A stretch of DNA of 64,000 nucleotides from Tubiluchus corallicola (lineage: Eukaryota > Animalia > Priapulida), in assembly GCA_030141605.1 (NCBI GenBank), contig JAQGDQ010000006.1, forward strand, positions 1,513,067 to 1,577,066, written 5' to 3'. How positions within the stretch are numbered: the first letter of the stretch is position 1; each line of letters begins with the position of its first letter. The notes beneath the pieces were generated by a model, which ran no database searches, was not told the DNA's origin, and saw only the letters and a program-made list of their open reading frames with translations. Below are positions 13,051 through 34,723 of the stretch, piece after piece. Made by a program: the position numbers and the translations under genes.

Positions 13051-15410
13051 TATTACATAAGCGGCTATAACTAATACGGGAACAGAGAAATAGAAGCATT
13101 TGAAAACATAATTATATATCCGTTAGTTATATACATTTGTAGATCCTTTTAAACTATGTCTTGTTAATTGCTATACTACAAACGCTTGTTTTTTTTCTGT
13201 ATTTAAAAATAAAATTGTCATAAAACGGAATGTTGCAGTTGGTTACACTTATTTAATGTGAGCAGTGTGCTGTGTTGCGGGGAAAAGCAATGCATACTAC
13301 TACTGTTGTTTCCAAAATATTTAAAAGACAAGAAAAAGGGTACCTGATGTAGGTTTCAGAAAAATCGCCTTAAAAATTATACTACTTTACAGCAATTATA
13401 TGTGTACATAGTGCTTGCGTTGAAAGGAATTTTTGTTTGTTTTCATTTTAAATCTTCTGCAATACTGTTCTGACGGCGCCATTACATGACGTCACTACGA
13501 CACGAAAATCAGGGGAAGAAAAGGCATTGCTAAATTATTTCCAAAAAAATATTCCATGCATATCCATATTACTTACCATTTCGCTTAACTGCTGGAAAGA
13601 CTTATGTAACTAGAAATAACAATTTAAAATATTCGTGCCAATTGGTAAAATGTCGCTGAGTCACCCTTCAGGGTGCGCCACTCAGTAACCAAAATGGTAT
13701 TTCTAATCTTATTGACAAGATACAGTAATTTAAAATTTTACTTAGTTAGTAACATGTATGCTAGGATGCTCTGATTATTTTTTCAAAAATTACTCAGTGT
13801 TATCTATGCTAGGATGCTCTGATTATTTTTTCAAACTTTGCTCAGTGTTATCTAAACTTGTTTCAAACGACCTACCATCAAAATGGCTGCCCCTAATGGT
13901 CATCGCGGGAGTAAATTTACACACTTTATTCAGCGTTACAGCCGACGCAAACGACGATGCCGACTGCATGCAAAAAGACAGTGTGTAAATGGTATAAATT
14001 TCAAGACGAATTTTTTAAGCTTTATGTAAGTGGAGGTTTTTCTTGTGCTTTAAAAATTTACTTTTAAAATAATCTACAACCTCCTTGCATGAACGTAGTT
14101 TCTTCTTGCAAATCTCTGTCTCATTTCCATCCTAGTGACCCATCAACTTATACCGGCCAATAATTAATATTACACTCGAGGGTTAGCAACCAGGAAGAGA
14201 TTGTCAGAGTGCACTTAAATGTATCCAAGGTTTTTGATTGATTTCAACATGACGGTTTTTTTTCAAATTACATGCAGCCCATTATTAGATTGGCTAAAAT
14301 AAAATAATATTTAGAGAGCTGTCATCAAAGTGTTGTCATTAAGGGATCTGAATGCCTCAGAAAGGATTCACGTAGAGGCGGGAGTCTCCAAGGATAGATT
14401 CTACGCCCACTGTTGTTTTGGTGTTCATTAATGACACATCTGCAAACTTGGAGAATACTCTTCGTTGTTTACATACTTTTTTCTAACTCTCTCTCTTTTT
14501 TGTCCCCTGAAAAATATTAGCCTTGCAGTTGAAATCCTAAACTGTGACATTACTAAAATTCAAAACTTGGTATTCAAAGTGGTTAATAACAATGATGGTT
14601 CAAAAGTAGTTCAGTAAAATGCTGGAGGTATAATACTTTTTTCGTAATGCTGAAAATGAAGTAATGAATTGTATTTTCGACTATTAACACAGTGGCTTGC
14701 TCAGTGCTGTGTTATCTCCCGGAAACTCTATATCGAAGACAAAACCGACTGCAATTCTTTTAACACGTTAGTCTATTCAGGTATGTTAATTTAGTCTTTT
14801 TATTTTATTTAATTAGCTTTTATTCTGGGAAGACTTATTGCATAGTGATTGGTTTTTCTTTCTATTCAGTCGTGGTAATTTTTTATAGCTTGTTATATTT
14901 TAAATCAATGATGTTTTGCTTTTCATTTTCTTTTTTTCACTCTGGTGACCTACTGCCTTAACATTTTATCTGTAATATTCATCTGATGAGGCCGTTAGGA
15001 CGAAAACTCCTGAAATAAATAAGTAATCTATTGTGAGATTATAAAGTGCATTCAACGTTTTATTCAGGCTAAAGATGGCAAGCCTCATGCGCATTTTTTT
15101 CACATTTTAGATGATTTAAAAAATTTGGCGCACGTTATTCCAAAACCGGTAGCCCTTAAAACAGCGCCCTCTTGCCCACGTATAAAACAAGTCTAGCATG
15201 ACCTTGTACTTCAGTAGTCCACTCATAAGTGAGCTTAAAAATAGGTTTATTTCCGAATTTGCGAGTGCCGTTGCGCTCAGTTAAAGCTTGCTTGTGAGTC
15301 TTGTACATAACAGGCAGTACTGCTTAGCAATAAACAGTCAAATCTCGATATTAGCGTTGATTACATCATTTAAATGTGTTGATTTACATCTACAAACGTT
15401 ATATTGTAGA

Positions 15411-15423
15411 CACGTGTATAAAA
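15411..15423 (+). promoter_or_regulatory. E-box plus TATA-like box upstream of CYP-C
   Basis: CACGTG directly followed by TATAAAA, about 120 bp upstream of the ATG. Confidence 0.35.
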
Positions 15424-15540
15424 AACACGTCTTCAAAATTAGTGCGACGCTTTCAAATATCCCAAGCGGCCAAGGCAGTGAAATCTATTTTTAAAAAAAT
15501 TGCAGTCTGTTGTGTTTAATGCAGCAACATCGACATTAGC

Positions 15541-23573
<8,033 letters not shown>

Positions 23574-25431
23574 AGTGTCGAACACCCACAAGTACAAGAG
23601 TTTCATATGAAAATCTGCATGATTGTTCATGCAACGTAGGGTCAAGCGGTAAGGGGCTAGGCGCCTAGAGGAGAAGTTTCAGATGCAAAAGCAGGAACTT
23701 TTGCCATGGGAGGAATTCGGTCAGACGAAGAACTCTAATCTGGGGGGAAATGTATTCTATGCACTGTGTATACACCTATACTTAACCAAATGAACTGCTG
23801 CTAATATACACAAGTTAGTAAGCTGCGTGCAGACGAAAGTTAGAATTAAAACACATTGAAGTTTTGTGAAGATTTAATTAACTATCATCTTTTTCTATTA
23901 ATGCACTTAAACATTGAAGTTTTGTGATGATTCAATTAACTATCATCTTTTTTCTATTAATGCACTTAAAAAGAGGAGCTTTAAACTTGTAATTCTTTAG
24001 CAACTCATTTGGACATTAAATCATGTACATGTTTTATGACGAATTAAAATACTGATTTCGTTTTTCATTTGATTTAACTAATTCAAGATTAAAGTTGTTT
24101 TAATAATTAAAGTGCAGAGGCAGAAAAATTAATGGAGTAAATTTAGGAAACCAGGAATCGCAAAGGTTGGCATGCGAATCAGAGCTCCGAGCGTCATTGG
24201 CTGGGGAATTGAACAAATACAGATGTTTCCAGAGCAAGGGTATACCTTGTTTTAGTCCTTTATTTCAAATACACGTTTTACGTAGCTTGATAGATATCCA
24301 ACTCTAGAATGTAAATAAATAATAGACAGCAAATCATGTGTTCCAGTAAAAATGACAAAGAAAAATTATTAAAACACGGAAGACTACAATGAAATTATAT
24401 TTGTTGTAGTTTTAATTATTATATATATATATAATTGTTATAATATATATATATATATAAATATTAGAAACCTAAATAATTACTGTTTAAATATAAATAA
24501 AAATAAAACGATGGGATGCTTTATCCTTTGATCTGAGGTCTGACAACTGTATAATTCTCGTCAACGCAACACGCCTTGCAAGTATCACAAGCCCTGGAAT
24601 AAGAAAAAAAACCGTCTAATTATTATTAATAAAATTGGATACTTTTAAACTGTTGATGTGTATCGATATTTTTATCATTTAACCGTTACATAGGATAAAT
24701 GGTTGGGGCTTTCTGACAGTCTATTGTGGCTTTTTGACAATCTATTGTGGCTTTCTGACAATCTATATTTAGAGGTCATCTGATGCAACCGTAACCTGCA
24801 AAATTACAACCGTTAAAACAAAAAACCAAACAAACACAAAAACAAACAAATAAACAAACAGCAGACACAAACACACAAATAAACAAACAGACAAACAAGC
24901 AAGCAAACAGCTAAAACAAAAGCCAAATTCCCATGCAGAGATTAAAAAGTCCTATTCAAAGTCCTATTCAATTTATTGTACTTACGATTTGATACTTACA
25001 CACATTTCTCATGATATCCACACTGCTTAATTCTGGGATCGCATGGCCACACAAAACAGTAATACGTAACTGGAGCCCAACAACCTGTAACCAAGAAAAC
25101 TCCTTTTACGAGTGTCGTGGTGGCTGTCTCTCTGCCGGAGTGCACCACCATAATGGACGTTCTCTATTACTTAATAAACATTTCCGAAATTTAACAACAA
25201 TTACGACGTATCTGAACTGAAAACGTAGGTGGAAGTTCAAAACAAACAAGCGTAGGAGCGATTAGATGTAAGTAACCTCTTGCAAAAGTAATTCACCATT
25301 TGTTTTGATCCCGTTAATAGTAAGTGCATTTAATCTAGACAACGGAATTCTAATTTATCACTGTAACAACTTGAAAGAACAGTACTCACCGCTTAGGAGA
25401 CATTCATTTTCTGGTGGATGTTTCAATTTAT

Positions 25432-25670
25432 CAAAAAAACTTGCAGCTGTCACTTCTAAATTAAAAAACACCAAACCGTATTACTGTAAGTTATGTACGT
25501 CTATACTGTACGGTACTTGTCAAAAAACTTTCAGTTGTCACTTGTAAATTAAAACTACCATACCGTATTACTGTAAGTTATGTATGTCTATACTGTACGG
25601 TACTTGTCAAAAAACTTTTCGTTGTCACTTCTAAATTAAAAAAACACCAAAGAGTATTACTCTAAGTTAT
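25432..25670. repeat. ~87-bp degenerate tandem repeat, about 2.7 copies
   Basis: AAAAAACTT..GTCACTTCTAAATTAAA..CCGTATTACTGTAAGTTATG recurs. Confidence 0.8.
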
Positions 25671-26299
25671 TCTTAACAAGTCTATAGATACTGTACGTAT
25701 AGAACATAGATTCGTATAGAATACTATGATTTCAAATTATAATAATGCAAACTTACCGTATCCTAAGTTAGCAACTAGCCCCACAAAAACACAAACCATG
25801 AAAATTGTCTTTGACGAATCCATTTCAAAATGTCTTGCAACGTTGTTGGCGTATAAATGTTTCTTAATTCAATTTCTGAAATTCAGTGTCTTTATGAATT
25901 CATTTACGACTGTACGTTGAGGTAACATACGTCCTGCAGTCTTGCTTCGACAGTAAACTATCGCATTAAATGTTCAAGGGTATGAGGGCTGTATATATAC
26001 GTAATTCATACAAGACTCGTGCTCACAAACAACAACATACAATAGTTTGTGGAACAGGATGCTGGTGTTTCCTTTTAGCTATTTAACTACTCACGACTAC
26101 ATGTAGTGTAATAACTGATCCGTGTAGCTTCTGAGAGCTCAAAAAGTTGTTACGTACGTAGCCTTTCTGCATCACAATTTTCTTAAGTATAGACCTACAT
26201 TTATTAGAAACGAAAATACTTCGCTCAGACGGAAACTTGTAAACACAAAACATCACAGACATTTTAATAGTCCAGCAGGGAACATCTCTTTGTTCATTG

Positions 26300-26636
26300 C
26301 CATCACCACTACATTCACTAACAGCATCACCATCACCATCATCGTCGTCGTCATCATCAACAACGACAACGACAACAGCAGCAGTAACAACAACAATAAC
26401 ATCATCGTGGTCATCAGCATCATCATCATCATCAACGACAACGACAATAACAACAACAGCAGCAGCAACAACAATAACAATAACATCGTCGTGGTCATCA
26501 GCATCATCATCATCATCCTCACCATCATCATCAACGACAACAACAACAACAGCAGCAGCAGCAGCAGCAACAACAACAACAATAACCTCGTCGTGGTCAT
26601 CAGCATCATCATCATCATCATGATTGACGATAACAA
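26300..26636. repeat. Compound trinucleotide (CAT/CAA/CAG) low-complexity repeat
   Basis: Higher-order repetition of trinucleotide blocks; produces spurious ORFs. Confidence 0.9.
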
Positions 26637-27284
26637 CAGGTACATTCGTGGGCATTGCTTAAGGTACTATGAGGCCAACCCTTATGTACATAAATGATAA
26701 AAAACCATCAAACATAATTATTAGAATCTATAGTTTAACGAGTGATTATTATTTTTCTAAAACGTCACGGATATTAACATTCTGTACAGGAAAACAATCA
26801 AAGCTATACATAACAAAACTAATTCCTCATAATCAGGCTGACTTGAGCCAGTAATATAGCAAATTATGTTCAAAAAACACAGTGAAATTGTCAACGAATT
26901 ACAGATTATTTAATACATGATACTTAATCAATAGATAATTAACGTTTAATAAAATTAATTTACTGTCAGTAATTGTCAAAGAGTTTCGTTCACCAACTTA
27001 AGAAAACGAAACAAACACTGCACAAACCGTTTAAACAAATTAAACTGCATACAGTTTTTCGCTGTTCAGAAACTGAGGTTTACATTACCAAAATTATTAT
27101 GCTTAATGAATGAATAGTTTAATAATACTTGTTAATGAAGTATAGAGTTACCATAATAAAAAGTCATCAATCATCGAAAAACATGCTTTCAACGATTGTT
27201 GGCCATCTTTATTACACTAAACTGCGTTCAAAATCAAGTAGTCGAATATTTTAACCACTTATCGTGAATCCACTTTGTTGCGTA

Positions 27285-27686
27285 CAGGGGCGTATCAATA
27301 CTTTACAGCGTCCTAGGCTGATTATTCTGTCTGGTCCATTTCTATTGCGAACTTATATAATGAGCACGATAAACAATTACTTGTGGTGTATTAGAAACAC
27401 TATTAACCTAGTTTTACGTGGTCATTATTATTAACATGTATTTGCACAGCGCAGGCTGCGCAACTGCTTTTTGTGTAATACCTTGCACCTGTTCGTTATG
27501 TGGCACTTATATAAAAGTTGCTCTCACTAATATAAAATGATGTATTAGAAAATGCGCCCTTTACATGAATATGAAAGTACACACATTTTCCAAGTAAAAT
27601 AAGAATTTTTTCTAAAACGTGACGCTCTTCGGACCTTTGGCGCCCTAGGCTTTAGCCTAGTTAGCCTATTTGTTAATACGCCCATT
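27285..27686. mobile_element. Degenerate hAT-like MITE
   Basis: Ends CAGGGGCGTAT...AATACGCCCATT; flanks GTTGCGTA / ATTGTATA (5 of 8 match). Subterminal GCCTA motifs shared with 62171-62538. Confidence 0.4.
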
Positions 27687-27930
27687 ATTGTATACAATGT
27701 CTGCGAGCAAACAAGAAAAGAACATTACGTTAAAATTGCAACCCAACATAAATCATCACAATTATTTTGCAACGTGAAAGACCTGCCTACTACACAAATA
27801 CAAACTTTATCGTGAACTACATAAGTTATCAAAGCACGCAAGAAAAGCCTGCCACATTGATTCGGAATTCAAGAGATGATTTCGTCTTAAATGAATTCTA
27901 CAAAATTTATAATGTAATATTCTCTCAAGT

Positions 27931-28332
27931 ATGGGCCATAATCGTAATGACATAGTAGCTAAAACTCTGATCAATACATATTGTCTACCCAATGTCTACC
28001 ATACATATTTGTTATACGGATGCGAAATTGGGGGTATATCAGACAATGAAGTTAATGCCATTAGGGTAAAATGGAACACTGCTTATAGAAAAATATTCGA
28101 TTTTAGACAAAATGAAAGCGTCAAATTGTTAATGTATTTTTGTGGCGCATTGCCTGCGAGTTATTTAGTAGATAGTCGAAAATTAAACTTTGTGAGAAAA
28201 ATTGTAAACTCCTGCACATTGAGAATTCCAAAGCCATGCTACTATGTAAATAACAGTCAAGTAACTTTAAGATTTAAACATGGTTGTACTGTAGCTCTAA
28301 ATCCTAAACGAAAATGTAAAATTAAAGGTTAA
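27931..28332 (+). mobile_element. Degraded LINE ORF2 3' fragment
   Basis: TYCLP..LLYGCEI...WNTAYRKIF resembles the post-RT region of non-LTR retrotransposons. Confidence 0.55.
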
Positions 28333-28755
28333 GAACTCATTTAAAGATTATGTTTTAAGATATCTATTATAGCTCCTTACAACACTGTATAATGTAATAT
28401 AATTACAAGGGAACTACAATGTGTGGTTATTATAAAGTTGAATGTCTGTAGATATGTTATTTTACTAATATCGCATTACCTGTTTTACTAACATTTTTAT
28501 CTTTGTGAGCTGTATATTTTTTATACGAAATAAACTCATAATAACAATAATAATTGTAAGTTTCTGTGAAATAATAGTTAAGTTGAAAAGAATTTGGCAG
28601 TAGCTATTCACACACTTGCGGGGCAGGCGGGGCAGAGGACACAATCGATTACAGTGCCATGCCCACAGTGGCTATTTTGGATGGCATCAAGAAAACTTAA
28701 CACACAGTATTATAAGACATAATAATATTTACATTTCAGACTTGCACTGGCATTA

Positions 28756-31700
28756 TCATGCCACGCAAGTTAGTTTATCAACAGTTTCACGACATTCTTC
28801 ACATTTTACTTCGCAACACCATTCGAATTTACAATTGCAGCTTGTAAACAGTTGCAGGGTCTGTCGGCGAACTTTCAAACCGCAGTTTTTACACAAGGTT
28901 TTACAGCTTCGTCTCTCTGATTGTGAAATTTCTTTTCCCTTTCGTTTAGAGCAAAGCCTGCCCGCTGTTCCAACATGTCCTGTAATTCATTGAAAGCCAC
29001 ATAAATTTGTATTGTGAACTGATACACATTTGTCTTAAAAAAACCCAAGAATGCAGCGACAATAAGATCAAGATTAAGCTTATAGTTATGAGAACTTTTT
29101 TACCTATTCTAAATTTGACAGTACATGTTTACGTCATGATACTTTTATTAATTTAGCAAACTGATAAATGTGCATCAGCGCTTGGTATTAAAAATAAAAT
29201 TTATTATGTGAAGAAAGACTTTGTTCATCTAACTGGGCACCAAGTCAAAGGATGTAATAATCATTATGCTATATATGGGTCGCAGAAACAGAGGCTTAAA
29301 AGTTTAGCACCAAAACGCCAAAAGATTGAGTTCAACTAACGAAACGGTTAAACATCTCGCATAAAAAAGCTAAACAAGAAACTTCATGACCCATTTGTTA
29401 CTGTCAATGAAAAATGATAGGAATGCTTACAGAAAGCCGCGATTTTGTTTCAATATAAATATATGCATAACCTGTATTCTGAGGATTACCCACATATCAC
29501 AATACCGAAAGTAAAGTAAAGTAAAGTAAAGTAAAGTAAAGTAAAGTAAAGTAAAGTAAAGTAAAGTAAAGTAAAGTAAAGTAAAGTAAAGTAAAGTAAA
29601 GTAAAGTAAAGTAAAGTAAAGTAAAGTAAAGTAAAGTAAAGTAAAGTAAAGTAAAGTAAAGTAAAGTAAAGTAAAGTAAAGTAAAGTAAAGTAAAGTAAA
29701 GTAAAGTAAAGTAAAGTAAAGTAAAGTAAAGTAAAGTAAAGTAAAACAAAGTAAGGTAAAGCAAAGCAAAGTAAAGTAAGGCAAAGTAAAGTAAAGTAAA
29801 GTAAAGTAAAGTAAAGTACAGTAAAGTAAAGTAAAGTAAAGTAAAGTAAAGTAAAGTAAAGTAAAGTAAAGTAAAGTAAAGTAAAGTAAAGTAAAGTAAA
29901 GTAAAGTAAAGTAAAGTAAAGTAAAGTAAAGTAAAGTAAAGTAAAGTAAAAGTAAAGTAAAGTAAAGTAAAGTAAAGTAAAGTAAAGTAAAGTAAAGTAA
30001 AGTAAAGTAAAGTAAAGTAAAGTAAAGTAAAGTAAAGTAAAGTAAAGTAAAGTAAAGTAAAGTAAATTAATGTAAAGCAAAGCAAAGAAAAGCAAAGTAA
30101 AGTAAAGCAAAGCAAAGTAAAGTAACACAAAGTAAAGCAAAGCAAAGCAAAATACGGCAAAGTGAAGTAAAGAAAAGTAAATTAACTTTAAGCAAAATAT
30201 GGCAAAGTAAAGTAAAGTAAAAATAATGCAAAACAAAGTAAAGCTAAGTATATTGTAAAGTTGTAAAGTTGAGTAAGGTAAGGTAAAGTTAGACAAAGAA
30301 AAATAAATTAAACATCGTACCGGACTTCATACCTTCTGTAATATTAGCTTTGCAATAGTCATGGGATGGTTCCAAATAGACGAGACTCCTCCTTTTTAGG
30401 GAAGGTATTTCTTCAATACGTCCTGTATTCATCAATTTCAATTCGCCGTTTTTATAGTCAACTTTCACCGCTTTCCAGTATCTCTTCTTCAAGTAATCGC
30501 CAACTTTCCGGAAATCGGACAACTGCAGCCAACATGTTTGCGTCGAACAACTTCCGGATACGCCGTGGCACTTGCAGGTTCGTTTTAGAGTATGGCGGAC
30601 CGCCTGATAACAACAAATTTTGCTCTTTAATCTTGACCATAATCAATGCAAACAAATATTCTAGTAGACGTAAGTTAAAACATACTGCAAGAGCAATCTG
30701 TATTTCAATTTAGAGATAGCATGTACTTCTACGACCTTCGACACGTGATCAATTGTTTCTTTGGCTGTTGCTGCATTTGGCCGTTAGGCAACTTTTGCAA
30801 TCGAGTTTTCTAGTTATTCAGTTTTGTAACAAATAAAAATAAAATTCAACAACAAACAACTTAAAAAATAAATTCAAGCCAGAAATTCAAAAAATATTAT
30901 ATTTATTAATCAAAGAGGCGTCACTTTAAAATACCTCATCTTTCTTACCAGTAGATAGCACCACGTTATGCATATTACGCTATTACTAGCGCTGTTTACG
31001 TGGTAGAGTCCCCATCTACTAAAATCAGTGTTAAACTAAAAAAGTTAGTACGCCTTTAATTTCAATTATTCATAATTTCTATTATTACACTTTGCGTTAA
31101 GTAGTGAAAATATTCAATTGTGCTTTACTATGTTAATATAAATAAAGGTGTTAAGTGAACTTACTGCTCTCCCTGCTTTATTATTGTGCAGATTCATCAA
31201 AGCTGTTGCATCTTTCCCAGTTTCCAAAGCGTCTACGAACTGCTTACTTATTTGCTCTCCAAATTTGACATTGTCACTGCACCCACCCCAAGTCCAGCCC
31301 GGAGCTGCTATAACAAAACAAAACACAAAGATGGCAGAAACAAAGTATTAAGAAACAAACTGCGAAGATATTTGACAGGTAGAATTTTCCATAGATGTAA
31401 TTTCTAGGTGTCAACTAAACTAAACTAAACTAAACTAAACTAAACTAAACTAAACTAAACTAAACTAAACTAAACTAAACTAAACTAAACTAAACTAAAC
31501 TAAACTAAACTAAACTAAACTAAACTAAACTAAACTAAACTAAACTAAACTAAACTATACTATACTAAATATGGAACTATATAATAAAACGCCTTTCAGA
31601 GCAAAAATGATCAGTCACGATGTGTTAATACCAAGAGACATCTATATCATACACCTATTCCGAGATTTCAAAGACTATTCACTTCAGTTTACACGTCTTT

Positions 31701-34571
31701 TTGCACAGTTTCGCAACTTGGTAAGACGTCATCTCAAAACGAGTGTGGCGGGACCCGAACTATTCTCACTCATCATCAGGGATAAGCCTGTACGATGAGA
31801 CAGTGACCCAGCAAAAATATTCAGTACGTACAATTGCATGCGCGTGTCTTCCTCGAGAAAAGAAATGACTGAATATCGGCTGTCACCTCTCCATTAACTA
31901 ACCAGATCTGGCGTTACTTAACCTTGCAGCTAAGCACGCACTGCCGGCCCTGTCTTATTTTCGGAAACATTACAACTTAAAATTCAGATGTAGTGTTTGT
32001 AGTTCTATTTCTAATGAAAGTGTGGTAACGGTGTTTTAGTAAATACAGGTGCGTCTCAAATAATTGTCAAAAATATAAATACCTTGGCCTTTGCGCCTGT
32101 CATCACAACCGCAGTTTTCAAATTCTCCAGAACTACAGTTTCGGGTCAACGTGTACATAACTCCAGCTGAACTGATGGCATGAACAAATGAGGTTTCCCG
32201 TGTTGCTGAAAACATTGTTACTGTTTTAGCCGAATAGTCCTTTTTAAAATTATCTAGTGTAAATGTAACGTGATCAAATGAGATGTAATACGGCAATTTC
32301 ATATATAATAGCATCGACGACGATAACGATATGTGATGGTGGAGCTGCTGCTGCTGACGATGTTGATGATGGTGATGGTAGTGAAGAAAACGAAGGTGAC
32401 ATAATGATGATGATGATTATCCTATGTTGAAAATTGGTGTTTCATATTTGCAAGAGATTAAAAATACTGAAAATGCTGAATGCTTATCTACAAAACACTT
32501 AATCAGGCCCTATGATGTAGTAATGTAATGTAATATAATGTAATGTAATGTAATGTAATGTAATGCAATGCAATGCAATGCAATGCAATGCAATACAATA
32601 CAACACAATGCAATACAACACAATACAATACAATACAATATAATATAACATAATATAACATAATATAACATAACATAGCATAACATAGCATAACATAACA
32701 TAACATAACACAACACAACATAATATAATATAGTATAATATAATATTTTTACCTGCAGGAACACTGTGAGAATAAAGGGGTAATGACGATCGAGGACAGT
32801 TCCATCTCTCCCAGGCAAACTGATGCTGGCACTCTTCCATCCCAATTTGTGCTCCTGCTGCCACACTCGCAGAAAACGTCAAATACGCCTGAAAACAAAC
32901 GGACGAATGAAAACGAAAGAATGAGTGAACGAATGTATTATTGATTCTATGGACGAATGAACGAGTGACTGACTGACTGACTGAATGAATGAATGAACGA
33001 ATGAACGAACGAACGAACGAATGAATGAATGAACGAACGAACGAATGAATGAATGATTGACTGACTGAATGAATGAATGAATGAATGAATGAATGAATGA
33101 ATGAATGAATGAATGAATGAATGAATGAATGAATGGAGTCGCCAAAAGAAAGAAAAAAGGAAAAGGAAAATAAAACCAATCAATCAGCTAGTAATCAGTC
33201 AATCAATTCATAGAAACATCGTTCAGCCTATAAAGCAGTACATTATTAGTCACACAAGCCACAACCAACATTACAAGCTGCTACACAACGAGAAAGTCTT
33301 TTACTAACGTGAAATGATTGTGGCGGGAATGAAATCTCTTCAATATCAAAGATATTTTTTTAAATGAGACACTGAATCAACAGGGGTGCCTTGGCCTTAA
33401 TTGTGCATCCCCCTCAAAAGAAAAGAGCTACTGTAGCATGTGACAGTATACGGGAAATTAAAGTAATAAGAAGCAGATTTCCTGCCTGTTACTCATCAGG
33501 CTCGACGATGCTTAACTTCATAACTAGTCCTGCACCTTGACCATTTAGTTATTTTCTCGGTATAATAGAACAAGTCAAAAATGAACACCAACGTTTTTCG
33601 TACAATTCCTCTGTGAAATCATATCTAACGCTTCGGTAGCTACGTCATTAATTAACTCATTCGAGGGTTAATAAGCCAAATTTGCCAGTCGGCTAAAACT
33701 CAATAGAGTTGCGGAAATTTTTGTTTGCTATTTGCACCTCGTCGTGTGGCAGGCGCCAATTACCTTATTGTTACACCATACTCGAACACGATTCGAAGTT
33801 ATTAGCCTAATTCAGCTCCCCTGAAGTTACCGACAAGCGTGTCCAGACTTTGGCTGGTCGGATTTAGAGGCAGTGGTCAATAACTAGTATGGACCTAACA
33901 GGAGAAGCAAGCATTGCTACTTGTTGAGCAATGTATTTCCGACTTCCGGTGAAGGGGTTAATAACATTTTTTGAAATAAATACTCCAACAAAGCTTGTAA
34001 TCACACAGGAATAGATATTAATCTAAATTAAGTACAGCTTGGAATGTTGCTGTAAGAAAACTTTGGAATTTACTGTTTAGATCACACAAATACTGTCTTC
34101 CTTTTATATGTGATATCGTTCCGCCAGTTAAACAGTTACAGAAACCGTTTGTTAAATTTACCATAGTTGTTTAAATAGTGAAAATCGCATAGCCAATTTT
34201 TTTACACACAATTCTCGATTTCATGGCTCTTGTAATGGGTTATAATTTGTTATCTATTTGTAACGAGTACAAAACTTTTTACACAAATGAAAATTTTCTT
34301 TCTAAAGTTTTTTCCTGTACATGAGATGTAAAAAGTAATGTTAGCAAAGAACAAATACGGACTGTAAATTTCATTACCGAAGTTACTTGGGCTCTAGAAC
34401 GTAATTGTTTTAATTTTCTGACAGGAATGAGTTGTACGCCATACTAGCATATCTTACTCTCACTTAACGGTATATATTCACATTGCTTACTATTCTTGTT
34501 GACTAATGTTATTTTGCTTGTTAATCTGTTTGTTTATTTTATGTGATTGTTCCACGAGTACGAATGAAATG

Positions 34572-34644
<73 letters not shown>

Positions 34645-34685
34645 TGTGTGTGTGTATATATGTGTATATATATATATATATATAT

Positions 34686-34723
<38 letters not shown>

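Noticed and set aside
26083-26697. Ser/Thr-rich or Asp/Val-rich ORFs (mucin-like)
   Set aside because: Compound trinucleotide repeat open in several frames, with no splice or start context.
29427-30296. (YFTLL)n ORFs
   Set aside because: Translation of (GTAAA)n in a Wnt8 intron.
31414-31556. Interstitial telomere repeat
   Set aside because: The unit is TTTAG, not TTAGG or TTAGGG.
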